Shown one piece after another: positions 7,963 to 17,057 of a DNA stretch of 45,191 bases. The notes beneath the pieces are model-generated. The model saw nothing but the letters and a program-made list of their open reading frames with translations, was not told the origin of the DNA and did not search any database. The stretch spans positions 1-45,191 of the forward strand of contig DAINNQ010000001.1 in NCBI GenBank assembly GCA_036735825.1. Reading direction: 5' to 3'. A program made the translations under genes and the position numbers. The first letter of the stretch is position 1. Each line of letters begins with the position of its first letter. This stretch comes from Alteromonadaceae bacterium (GTDB lineage Bacteria > Pseudomonadota > Gammaproteobacteria > Enterobacterales > Alteromonadaceae).

Positions 7963-10440
7963 CTATTTACGACAAGTATCTAATATTTTTTCTACTAACA
8001 ATCCTGATGCTAACGCAACTTCCCTAATGTTTGCATGCATATCATGTAAGCGCTGTTTAATTCGCTTGGTTTCATTTTTATTTATTTTCACTCCTGAAAG
8101 GCAATTTTGAGCAACGGTTAAGCCTAAAGTATTAATGGTTCGAGCATCTTCTGCCACGGCTAATAGAGGCGATAATTTAGGATGCTTTTTAATGGTTTTT
8201 ATCACTTGCTCAAAATTAAAGTGCCAACGATGCAAAGTATTGATAATGTTCTGCAAGCCTTGTTTATTACCCTTTTTAAAGGATCGTAATTGCTGCTGCA
8301 TCTTAACTATCTGCAAGCTTTCTACTGGCAAATAATCAACAAACCGTTTTAATGAGGCATGTTGGTGATAAAAGCCTTTTTGATATTTAATATGATGTCG
8401 AGTGTAATAATGCGCGGGTTCAAGTTGCTCTGATAATATCATTAAGGGTTCTATCGATGTTTTTGGCAACACCAACTGTTGCAAACCTGCTTCAAATTGC
8501 GCTTGATGCTTAAGTCCTACTTTTGTTGCAAAGTCGTTGATGATAAACAAACGTTGATACATATTTTGAGTATCTTTTAACTCTTTAGCCGACCAAAAAC
8601 GTTCTGCAATAGCAAACACGCGTGGCCATGCCCGCACATCAATATTGTTCTCATCCACTAATTCACTCCATAACGTTGCTTCACCACCAATAATATTTTG
8701 TTCTTTTTCTGTAGGTAAACTAGCTAATAGCGTCACTGAGGATAAATCAACGTCAGATAATTTGGCCCCTTGCACAGCATAATGTGTGTTGCCAATTAAC
8801 ATGCGACCTTTAAGTTTAGAACTGTTGGCAAAATCAAACTCTGCGCGAACAGGGCCCATCCAACTGTCAAAAGCAAGATTAATTTGCTGAGCTGTCAGCG
8901 CTAATTGGTGGTCAATATCAACTTTTTGGTATTTATTTTTGTTTAATTTAACATACGCGTGGATCACATAATCATTTCGACTAACCAGCACTAAACGCCC
9001 TTTAACGGCACTCCCTTTTAGCCTAGGCATAGTAAATTTCCATGCTTGTACTTTATCGTCAGCTTCCAGACTCACCACCGCCGCGTCGCGTTTAGCTAAC
9101 GGTTCATTGCGATAGTGATAGCTGGTACTTTGAGGTTGATCGATATAAAAACCTGTCGAGAGCAATCCTTGATAATCTTGAGAGGCAATTTCAGTTAAAG
9201 ACTCCATGCCTCGCCATGATTGCACCATAATATCTTTTGGTAAATCTGGATGATAAATTTCATCCCAACCCATCATTCTTCTCTTATGTTTAGCTAATAT
9301 CAATTGCACTTTTTTATTGAAAAACACTTGTAAATCATGTTCATTTTGCAAGTTATTTTCAGTCATAAACTGTTGTATTTTTGTGCTCTCTTTCCATTGC
9401 ACTGGGTGAACTTCATCACCGCCAATGTGTAGATATTGATCAGGAAACAATTGCACTAGTTCACCAACAATACTGTCGATAAATTGGTACACTTTTTCGT
9501 TACTTGGGTCGAGCAAAGGCTCAAACACGCCCCATTTGTCTTCCATGGTATAAGGCTTATCAACACTGATTAATTCAGGATACGCAACGGCTATTGCCGA
9601 AGCGTGCCCTGGTAAATCAAATTCAGGCACCACTCGTATCCCTAGCAAGCTTGCATAGTCAACAACATCGGCAATTTCTTGTTGCGTATAATATTGATTA
9701 TCTGAAGCTAATTGATGCAGTTTTGGATGCGTTTTTGATTCAATGCGCCAACCTTGGTCATCAGTTAAATGCCAGTGAAAAACATTGAGTTTTGCCGCTG
9801 ACATACCGTCAAGTTGCCGCTTTATGGCATCAATCGAAATAAAATGTCGAACACTATCAATCATTAACCCACGCCATGAAAAACGTGGTGAATCAACAAT
9901 ATTTACCAGAGGTAATACCATGGTTTTATCTGCCGTCGAGCGAAACATTAATTGCGCTAAGGTCGCCACACCCTGCATAACACCAAACTCTGTATTAGCC
10001 GTAATTTTTATCCCCTGCTTATCAATAATCAATTGATAACTTTCATCATTTTTAAGGGTTGGCAACTGATAACCATTTGCTTGCTGTTGATCGACGACAA
10101 TACGCAATTGCGTAAAGTCTGAGGAGTTAGCGCTCTCGTTTGCTTCATCTGATAATTGATTCGTTTTTTCAACAACAGTTAAATGCTCACTAGCTATTTG
10201 CTTATTAATTTTAGCCAGAATAACGGCTTTACGTTGTTCACTCACGCCATCAATGTTAATTGATAACTGATTCGCTACTTGGTATTTGCCTTGCTCAACT
10301 TTGACAGAGGCAGGATAAGGCATTAAAGGTAAAGTATTGGCCGCGAAGCTATGAGTAAAAACGCTCATCGCCAAGATTAGCGTGACAAAACATGGTTTGA
10401 TGATTAGCACGAAATATTTCGTTGAAAAATGATTAAACAC
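7963..10440 (-). CDS. GH20 beta-N-acetylhexosaminidase, periplasmic/exported
   Basis: GH20 catalytic motifs FHWHLTDDQGWRIE and LHIGGDEV are present. I place the start at the GTG at 10440, not the ATG at 10521. That gives MFNHFSTKYFVLIIKPCFVTLILAMSVFTHSFAA, a normal signal peptide. It also overlaps the TAG stop of the upstream symporter by 1 nt (TAGTG). Confidence 0.9.
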   Translation of the reverse strand: MFNHFSTKYFVLIIKPCFVTLILAMSVFTHSFAANTLPLMPYPASVKVEQGKYQVANQLSINIDGVSEQRKAVILAKINKQIASEHLTVVEKTNQLSDEANESANSSDFTQLRIVVDQQQANGYQLPTLKNDESYQLIIDKQGIKITANTEFGVMQGVATLAQLMFRSTADKTMVLPLVNIVDSPRFSWRGLMIDSVRHFISIDAIKRQLDGMSAAKLNVFHWHLTDDQGWRIESKTHPKLHQLASDNQYYTQQEIADVVDYASLLGIRVVPEFDLPGHASAIAVAYPELISVDKPYTMEDKWGVFEPLLDPSNEKVYQFIDSIVGELVQLFPDQYLHIGGDEVHPVQWKESTKIQQFMTENNLQNEHDLQVFFNKKVQLILAKHKRRMMGWDEIYHPDLPKDIMVQSWRGMESLTEIASQDYQGLLSTGFYIDQPQSTSYHYRNEPLAKRDAAVVSLEADDKVQAWKFTMPRLKGSAVKGRLVLVSRNDYVIHAYVKLNKNKYQKVDIDHQLALTAQQINLAFDSWMGPVRAEFDFANSSKLKGRMLIGNTHYAVQGAKLSDVDLSSVTLLASLPTEKEQNIIGGEATLWSELVDENNIDVRAWPRVFAIAERFWSAKELKDTQNMYQRLFIINDFATKVGLKHQAQFEAGLQQLVLPKTSIEPLMILSEQLEPAHYYTRHHIKYQKGFYHQHASLKRFVDYLPVESLQIVKMQQQLRSFKKGNKQGLQNIINTLHRWHFNFEQVIKTIKKHPKLSPLLAVAEDARTINTLGLTVAQNCLSGVKINKNETKRIKQRLHDMHANIREVALASGLLVEKILDTCRK

Positions 10441-11888
10441 TATAAAGATTCCATTTTTTTTCGTTGAGCGGTTAAGTTTGCTAACGCTTGTTGTGTATCT
10501 AGCGCTGATTTTGGCGTGCATAAAGTCACAACATACCCAATAACAAAGCCAGTTATCAGCGCTGGAATTACCGGATTACCCCAAAATGCTAACCAAGTAC
10601 TTTGTAATGATATAGCAATCGCAAAACCCGTTGCCGATAACAAGCTCGCGATAGCACCTTGCCAATTATACCTTGGCCAAAATCGCCCTAAAACTCCACA
10701 TACACACAAACCTGACATCAAAATTGCGATCATTTTAGTGATGTAAGCAATGATATCATTGGATAACAGCGCAAATCCTAAAGCGACACTAATAGTGATC
10801 ACCAAACTCACACGAGATAAGAAAACAACGCGCTCAGCGGTTGGCATTTTTTTAAAGGCTAAATAATACAAATCGCCAATGGCAACACTTACCGCAGCAA
10901 TAGCGTCAGAGCTAGCACTTGATAAAGTCGCTGAAATTCCCGCAATAATAATAAAAACACCCAGTGCTAATGGCATAACATTTAAGGCAATATGCGGAAA
11001 AGCAAATGATGGATTGTCTAATTCTCCCGCCATGGCAAAAGCGCTCATACCAATAATGGCAGGAATAATTGAAAAACCTAAATATAATACGCCAGAATAA
11101 ATAAACGACTGACGAATGGAGCTTACGGTTTTGCCTGAGTAAATTCGCTGACGAAACGACGGCGTCGCTAATATGCCAACTAATACCGCCATAGCCAGTG
11201 ATACTGCTGGCACTAAGCCGACCTTATCAACCGCAAACCACGACAAATTATCCGTCGGTTGCGCGGCTATCATGACTTGCCAACCGCCAATATGCTCAAC
11301 CGAAAAATAAGCCATGGCAATAAAACCCGTAAAGAGAATCAATGCTTGTATTGAATCCGTCCACACCACAGCGGTATAACCACCGATGACAACATAAATA
11401 GTAAAACTGATCGCGATTAACAGTTTTGCCATATTTATATCAATGCCCGTTAGCCAGGATAAATACATGCCTCCACCAATAATATGCGCGCCTAACCAAC
11501 CAATACTGGCGACATAAATAATCAAGGCCACTACATTTTTAATCAAAGGATTAGCACCAACATAGAAGGCAATTTCTTCACTCATGGTCATGAATTTATA
11601 TTGACGAACAGGGGCAAATAACCACGCAAGTAACAAAATACCCACCGCTCCGCCAATACCATATAAAGTACCCGCCCAACCATTAAGATAGGCAAAACCC
11701 ACCGCGCCCATAGACGAGCCAGTACCCACCATAGTCGCAACCGTTGTGCCAAGCGTTAAAAGTAATGGCAAGCTGCGTCCACCCAATAAAAAATCTTCAC
11801 CCGATTTTTGTTTGCGTGAAACAAACCAGCTCAGCATGATCATTGCCGAAACATAAACAATAAACGCGATAATGAAAATGCCTTCCAT
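10440..11888 (-). CDS. Sodium:solute symporter (SSS) family transporter
   Basis: 482-aa polytopic membrane protein with roughly 13 hydrophobic segments. The N-terminal pattern (SRKQKSGEDFLLGGRSLP…) is typical of SSS/PutP-PanF-type carriers. Confidence 0.85.
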   Translation of the reverse strand: MEGIFIIAFIVYVSAMIMLSWFVSRKQKSGEDFLLGGRSLPLLLTLGTTVATMVGTGSSMGAVGFAYLNGWAGTLYGIGGAVGILLLAWLFAPVRQYKFMTMSEEIAFYVGANPLIKNVVALIIYVASIGWLGAHIIGGGMYLSWLTGIDINMAKLLIAISFTIYVVIGGYTAVVWTDSIQALILFTGFIAMAYFSVEHIGGWQVMIAAQPTDNLSWFAVDKVGLVPAVSLAMAVLVGILATPSFRQRIYSGKTVSSIRQSFIYSGVLYLGFSIIPAIIGMSAFAMAGELDNPSFAFPHIALNVMPLALGVFIIIAGISATLSSASSDAIAAVSVAIGDLYYLAFKKMPTAERVVFLSRVSLVITISVALGFALLSNDIIAYITKMIAILMSGLCVCGVLGRFWPRYNWQGAIASLLSATGFAIAISLQSTWLAFWGNPVIPALITGFVIGYVVTLCTPKSALDTQQALANLTAQRKKMESL

Positions 11889-11933
11889 ATGGTGATCCTT
11901 ATTTCTGATGAGTGACTGTTTTTATCGACAATT

Positions 11934-12320
11934 TTACGGAGCCTTGTAACAAGTCACATCAACTTCTACTTTACAATCAACCACTAAATCAGCAACAGCA
12001 CATATTCTCGCAGGCGGATGTTCACCAAAAAACTCTTTGAACACTTTATTGAATGATTGAAAATAACGAGCGTCTGTTAATATCACTTTAACGTGAGCAA
12101 CGTGCTCTAACCCGTAACCCGCTTCCGTCATAATTTCTAGACAATTTTCAATGGCGATACGAGATTGCTCAATAATGCCGCCTTCAACTACTTCGCCGTC
12201 ACGCATCGGGGTTTGTCCTGACACCATCAGCCAGCCACCCGCTTCAATTGCACGCGAAAAGGGTAAATGTTGTCCGCCAGTTCCTACACCGCCGCCAGCA
12301 CCAAATCGTTTAATTGTCAT
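11934..12320 (-). CDS. RidA/YjgF/UK114 family enamine-imine deaminase
   Basis: 128-aa ORF of typical RidA length. Conserved segments include FSRAIEAGGWLMVSGQ and PARICAVADLV…VEVDV. Confidence 0.85.
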   Translation of the reverse strand: MTIKRFGAGGGVGTGGQHLPFSRAIEAGGWLMVSGQTPMRDGEVVEGGIIEQSRIAIENCLEIMTEAGYGLEHVAHVKVILTDARYFQSFNKVFKEFFGEHPPARICAVADLVVDCKVEVDVTCYKAP

Positions 12321-12350
12321 GTTATATCTACCTCGATAACTTATTGTTGA

Positions 12351-13847
12351 TTAAATATGTTTTATAAAATTTGTTGATGATTTGTGTTTTAAAAATAATC
12401 CTGCACGCGTGTCGTCAGTTGCAACCACTCCCAGCGCATATTGATAAGTTAATCGCCCGTTTACCCACACACTTTCGATCCCTTGGGAAATTTCACAAGG
12501 CTGAGTGAAGCTTGCTTTATCGACGACTTTCTCAGGGTCAAAAAGCACTAAATCGGCAAAATAACCTTCTTTGATCAAACCGCGTTTTTCTATGGCAAAA
12601 TTGTTCGCAGACAAGCCTGTCATTTTATGCACCGCTAATTCCAAAGAAAGCAGTTGTTTTTCTCGACTAAAATGCCCTAGCACTCTTGGAAAAGCGCCCC
12701 ACAATCGTGGATGAGGATGAGGATCACAAGGCAAGCCATCTGAGCCAATCATGCCTTTTTCAAATTGAATAAATTGCTCTACATCTTGCTCGCTCATACC
12801 ATGATATACCGCACCTGCAGGTATCAATTTTTTCGCAGCAGCGAGTAAACTTAACTGCCAATGATGAGCAATTGCCGCTAGCGTTTTGCCTGCCATTTCA
12901 GGTGCAGCTTCAGACCAAGTGATAAATATGTCGAAATCATCCGTGACTTGATTCAAATCTAACGTGCTTGAACTCGCGTGATACGGGTAGCTATCGCAAC
13001 ATATATCTTGTTTTTTTTGGGCGTTGACCACATGAGTGAGTACTTCTTGCGCCCTGCCCCAATTTTGTTTGCCCGCACATTTTAAATGCGAGATAACCAC
13101 GGGTGATGTTGTTTTTTCACCCATCAGAAAAGCTTCATCAAGTGCTGAAATAATACCGTCGAATTCTGTCCGTAAATGCGTGGTGTAAATCGCATCAAAC
13201 GCTTTTAATTCTCGCGCTAAAAATTCAACTTCGTCCGCCGTTGCCGCTTTTGCATTAAAATAGGCTAAACCTGTGCTTAACCCTTTAGCGCCTTGCTCTA
13301 AAGCCTGCACTAACAGCGCGCGCATTTTTTTTAACTCGTCATCGTTCGCCGCTTTGCTTAAATCATCCATCACTTGTGCTCTAAGCGCAGTATGGCCAAT
13401 TAGCGCAACTACATTGACCGCTGGCTTTTGGCGCGCTAGTTCATCAACATAATGATTTAAAGTAGGAAAAATAAACTCGTTTTGTTGCCCAAGTAAATTA
13501 ATTGGGTCAGGCGGGTAACTATCAAGTAAGTAAGGACTTGCACTTATGCCGCAGTTACCCACAATAACGGTGGTAATACCTTGGCTCACTTTTGCCAACA
13601 TCGCTGGGTTTCGAATCAATTCAAGGTCGTCATGGGTATGCACATCAATAAACCCAGGCGCTAGCACTAACCCTTTGCCATCAACAACCGTGCTGGCAAG
13701 TGTTGCATCTAACGGTGCGTTTATTTTACCAATAGCGACTATGTGATTGTTCTTCACGGCAACATCGCCGACATAACTTGGCTGTGCTGATCCGTCAACA
13801 ATCACAGCTTGTTTGATCAGAAAATCGTATTGACAAGTGGAGCGCAT
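12351..13847 (-). CDS. D-aminoacylase family amidohydrolase (N-acyl-D-amino-acid deacylase-like)
   Basis: 498-aa ORF. The N-terminal beta-domain is followed by the metal-binding GFIDVHTHDD motif. IGSDG…HPR and the C-terminal GYFADLVLFDP are typical of the D-aminoacylase subfamily. Its ATG directly abuts the upstream TAA (TAAATG at 13845-13850). Confidence 0.85.
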   Translation of the reverse strand: MRSTCQYDFLIKQAVIVDGSAQPSYVGDVAVKNNHIVAIGKINAPLDATLASTVVDGKGLVLAPGFIDVHTHDDLELIRNPAMLAKVSQGITTVIVGNCGISASPYLLDSYPPDPINLLGQQNEFIFPTLNHYVDELARQKPAVNVVALIGHTALRAQVMDDLSKAANDDELKKMRALLVQALEQGAKGLSTGLAYFNAKAATADEVEFLARELKAFDAIYTTHLRTEFDGIISALDEAFLMGEKTTSPVVISHLKCAGKQNWGRAQEVLTHVVNAQKKQDICCDSYPYHASSSTLDLNQVTDDFDIFITWSEAAPEMAGKTLAAIAHHWQLSLLAAAKKLIPAGAVYHGMSEQDVEQFIQFEKGMIGSDGLPCDPHPHPRLWGAFPRVLGHFSREKQLLSLELAVHKMTGLSANNFAIEKRGLIKEGYFADLVLFDPEKVVDKASFTQPCEISQGIESVWVNGRLTYQYALGVVATDDTRAGLFLKHKSSTNFIKHI

Positions 13848-14699
13848 TTAATCTCCCAAAGGTGAACGAGCATCACCTTTACGATGTTCGTCTAAATGCA
13901 ATTTTAAACGGCGTAACTTTTCTCGAGACTTACGTTGATTTTTCACCGCAACATCACTGGCAAGAATATCAATGGCTGCCATCATCACATAACGCGAAGC
14001 ACTGGGTTTAAAAATATAGTCAACCTCTTGCGTTTTAATCGGCAAATGCACATCAGACAAGCGCGCAAGTTTGCTATCAGGACAAATCGCGATAACTTTT
14101 GCGCCATATTCTTGCGCTATGGTCGCCGCGGCAATGACATCGGGGCTATGACCGCTGAGCGACAAACAAATCACCACATCATTCACGTCAACAGTAGCTG
14201 CCGTCATCCGCATTAGCATAGGATCGCAATAAGCATTGCTTTTAATGGTCAGTCGAAATAATCGATGATGGCATTCTTGCGCCATCACTGTGCTGCCGCC
14301 GCCAACACCAAAAATCAAACAATGATTAGCATGATTAATTAGCTCACTGGCGTGATGAGTTGCTTGTTCGGTAATTAAGCCCGCATTTAACGTCAATACA
14401 TCATGGATAGACTGATAAATTGCTGGAATATCTTTTTTATCAATTGGGGTATTTTCATTAAAACGTTGACCGACAGCGGCAGATTGCGCCAACTGTAATT
14501 TCAAATCACGAACGTTTTTACACTCGAGTGATTTTGCTAAACGAGTGATAGTGGCATGACTTACTCCAGCTTTATCGGCAAGTTCATGGATTGGACATTG
14601 AGAAGCAAAATCTAAGTCATTTTGAATAAACTCTGCCACTTTTTGCTCAGAAGGTGACAAATGAGCAAGACGTTGGGTAATGCGCGCTAAAATATCCAT
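13848..14699 (-). CDS. MurR/RpiR family transcriptional regulator (HTH + SIS domain)
   Basis: 283-aa ORF. It has an N-terminal HTH_6-type segment (LSPSEQKVAEFI…ELADKAGVSHATITRLAKSL) and a C-terminal SIS phosphosugar-binding domain (IFGVGGGSTVMAQ…LSLSGHSPDV). Confidence 0.9.
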   Translation of the reverse strand: MDILARITQRLAHLSPSEQKVAEFIQNDLDFASQCPIHELADKAGVSHATITRLAKSLECKNVRDLKLQLAQSAAVGQRFNENTPIDKKDIPAIYQSIHDVLTLNAGLITEQATHHASELINHANHCLIFGVGGGSTVMAQECHHRLFRLTIKSNAYCDPMLMRMTAATVDVNDVVICLSLSGHSPDVIAAATIAQEYGAKVIAICPDSKLARLSDVHLPIKTQEVDYIFKPSASRYVMMAAIDILASDVAVKNQRKSREKLRRLKLHLDEHRKGDARSPLGD

Positions 14700-16075
14700 C
14701 AGAAGTAGGTCGCTATTTGTTTGGTGACATTAAATGCTTCATCAACAATGCCTATTTTTCGCCATTTATCGATCGTCAAACAAGGATGCGAAGTGGAAAA
14801 ACTGATGATATCGCCTGGTTTAATATCGTCGCTTTCACCGACTTTCATCATACAATGTTGATCCATTATTTTAACTACTTGCCAATGTGATGGCGCTTTT
14901 GAAGGCTTTGTTTGTGAAGGTTCTAGTTGTTTTGGACGATAAAATAATTCTGGCGTTGGTAAACCCGCATCAAAAGCACAATCACGCTTGCCTAGACCGA
15001 TGATCACTAATCCTGGTTCAGGCACAGAATACACATATGCCCAAACCGTTAAACTTGAAGATAAATCACCGGCTAAATCACAAGCCAATTGGCTGCGTGC
15101 CATAACATTTTGTTGTGCGTCTTGATAAATGCCGGTGTCATGAATGAGATAACAGCCTGGGCGGATAACGGGAATAAAGTCCAGCTCATTACCTTTAGAT
15201 TTTTGCTCGGTTGAATTTGAATTTAACGGTAAAGTTAATTGTTTAGCAACAACGTCATACCAAGCAGAGCCTGCGCCCGTAATAATTGGTTTTCTATCTG
15301 AAAAAGCATTTTGGTCAGTTAGCTGGGAAAATAGGCGCTTAATACCTTCGATAAATTCGCAAATTTTTTCATAGGCTTGATCACCATGGATCACCCCTTC
15401 ATAAAAGCTAATACCGGCAATATTTAACTGCGAGTACGCTTTTAGCGTTGCAACTAACGGCGCAATGTTATCAAGATCGCGCCAGCCACAACGTCCACCG
15501 TTAACACCGATTTCCAATAATACATTTACCGAGATATTTTCAAGGGCATACTCGTTAAAAAACTCACCAAGCCAGCGAGCATTTTCTATCGAGTCAACAA
15601 AGCAATAAAACTCAAAATTGGTATCACGTAACAATTCAACCAGCTGTAAAGCATGAAAACGACCAACCAGCTGATTTGCCAATATTATGCGCTTGATACC
15701 TTGATGATATGCATTCACCACTTGCGGCATAGTCGCCAAGGTAATGCCCCAACACCCTTGTGCTAACTGCAATTTAAATAACTCAGGTGCCATAGTCGTT
15801 TTGCCGTGCGGCGCTAACTGCACTTGGCTTTTTTCACTAAATGTTTGCATCCATTGCGCATTATTGGCAATGGCTTTATCGCTCAGTACCGCGATAGGTA
15901 AGCTCACTTCTTCAGCTAGAATATTCCAGCCTGTCGTTACTAATTGCTCACTATTGCCTGAGCCTTTTTCAAAAATCATCATTGAGGAAATCGCATTTTT
16001 ATCAGCTGAACAAAAAAATATCAGCGGGAATATCTCATTTCTGATGACTTTATCGTTATTATGTAACTCGATCAA
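14699..16075 (-). CDS. Fold-type III PLP enzyme: amino acid deaminase / D-serine-dehydratase-like (alanine racemase N-terminal domain family)
   Basis: The ORF is up to 458 aa. APHGKTTMAPEL carries the Lys typical of the PLP-binding site in the alanine-racemase-N/DSD1-like family. The C-terminus resembles a D-serine-dehydratase-like domain (…SHPCLTIDKW). The start is uncertain: 16075 is a TTG, the internal ATGATG at 15982 is an alternative, and neither has a convincing SD. The stop overlaps the rpiR ATG (TGATG). Confidence 0.7.
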   Translation of the reverse strand: MIELHNNDKVIRNEIFPLIFFCSADKNAISSMMIFEKGSGNSEQLVTTGWNILAEEVSLPIAVLSDKAIANNAQWMQTFSEKSQVQLAPHGKTTMAPELFKLQLAQGCWGITLATMPQVVNAYHQGIKRIILANQLVGRFHALQLVELLRDTNFEFYCFVDSIENARWLGEFFNEYALENISVNVLLEIGVNGGRCGWRDLDNIAPLVATLKAYSQLNIAGISFYEGVIHGDQAYEKICEFIEGIKRLFSQLTDQNAFSDRKPIITGAGSAWYDVVAKQLTLPLNSNSTEQKSKGNELDFIPVIRPGCYLIHDTGIYQDAQQNVMARSQLACDLAGDLSSSLTVWAYVYSVPEPGLVIIGLGKRDCAFDAGLPTPELFYRPKQLEPSQTKPSKAPSHWQVVKIMDQHCMMKVGESDDIKPGDIISFSTSHPCLTIDKWRKIGIVDEAFNVTKQIATYF

Positions 16076-16216
16076 TATTTATTTCTGTTACTTAATAACA
16101 TTTCAAAATTTTGCCGCACTCTTTAATTGCAGGTAAGATACTCGCCATAAAAATACAAATGAATTCCCCTGTAAATTTAGATCAGCTTTCGAAATCGATC
16201 TAAGTGAGAATAAATT

Positions 16217-16933
16217 ATGCACGAGCAATATCATGAAAATATGGAGCTGCCTGAGGTTCCCTACAATGTTCCAACCTTACCGTACGAAAAACCTGAACTA
16301 GGCAAAAATTATTGGGTGGTTGATGATTTTTTCCCGCAAAAAAAAGCGCTAGAAATAGCTAACCGATGCTTCAATAAAGCGAAATGGAAATTAGGCTCAC
16401 CCTACACAAAAGAATTATGGCCAGGCATGCGTTCCAAAAACGCGTTAAACAAGCAAGATCTTGCCAAAGTAGAAGAATGGGCGAAAGCCCAAGTCAACAA
16501 ATCAGAGTTTTGGGTAGCAAAGTCAGATAAAGTGGTAGTTGATCATAATACTGCCATTTTAGTTGGAGCAGATGAAGGCGCAGCTCGTCCACATGTTGAT
16601 GCTCGGCAATTATGTCGCTATGGCGCTGTGTTGTATTTAAGTCAAAACCCTGCTCCACATTCTGGCACAAGCTTTTATCGTTTAAAATATGCCAATGGTG
16701 CTGCGGGTGGAAATATCGTCAAAGCGCCCTTTCAAAACCTTGTTGATGCGCTAAATACAACAAGTTTACCTGCAAGTGCATGGTACGAAGACGTCAGTAT
16801 CGACAATAAATTCAATCGCTTAATTTTATTCAAAGGTAATATTGCCCATAGCGCTAGCAGTTACTTCGGCAAAGAAAAACGAGATAAACGCCTAGCTGTG
16901 ACTTTTTTCTGGATGGCAGAAGACGAAAGTTAG
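16217..16933 (+). CDS. Hypothetical protein, possible 2OG-Fe(II) oxygenase / cupin-like fold
   Basis: 238-aa ORF with good coding appearance. It has a candidate facial triad HxD…H (RPHVDA … NIAHSAS). No confident family assignment is possible by eye. Confidence 0.4.
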   Translation: MHEQYHENMELPEVPYNVPTLPYEKPELGKNYWVVDDFFPQKKALEIANRCFNKAKWKLGSPYTKELWPGMRSKNALNKQDLAKVEEWAKAQVNKSEFWVAKSDKVVVDHNTAILVGADEGAARPHVDARQLCRYGAVLYLSQNPAPHSGTSFYRLKYANGAAGGNIVKAPFQNLVDALNTTSLPASAWYEDVSIDNKFNRLILFKGNIAHSASSYFGKEKRDKRLAVTFFWMAEDES

Positions 16934-17057
16934 ACAAGTTATCATCAAAAGAATTTGTAAAACATAGCGTGATGTTTGATTTATCGATCTATTGTCGGTT
17001 AATTAAACATCACGCAACTCTTTCACTATTTAAATAACCTCTTAAGCCGAGCTGATG

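Noticed and set aside
10441-10521. N-terminal 27-codon extension of the GH20 hexosaminidase starting at ATG 10521
   Set aside because: The extension would overlap the symporter gene by 82 nt and would put a basic, non-signal segment ahead of the signal peptide. The GTG at 10440 gives a normal signal peptide and a TAGTG stop/start junction.
16967-17015. An 11-bp inverted repeat (GCGTGATGTTT … AAACATCACGC) between the convergent 2OG-like and LysR genes, considered as a bidirectional terminator
   Set aside because: The loop is 27 nt, and the flanking T-runs are short or displaced. It may contribute to termination, but I cannot support it as a canonical intrinsic terminator.
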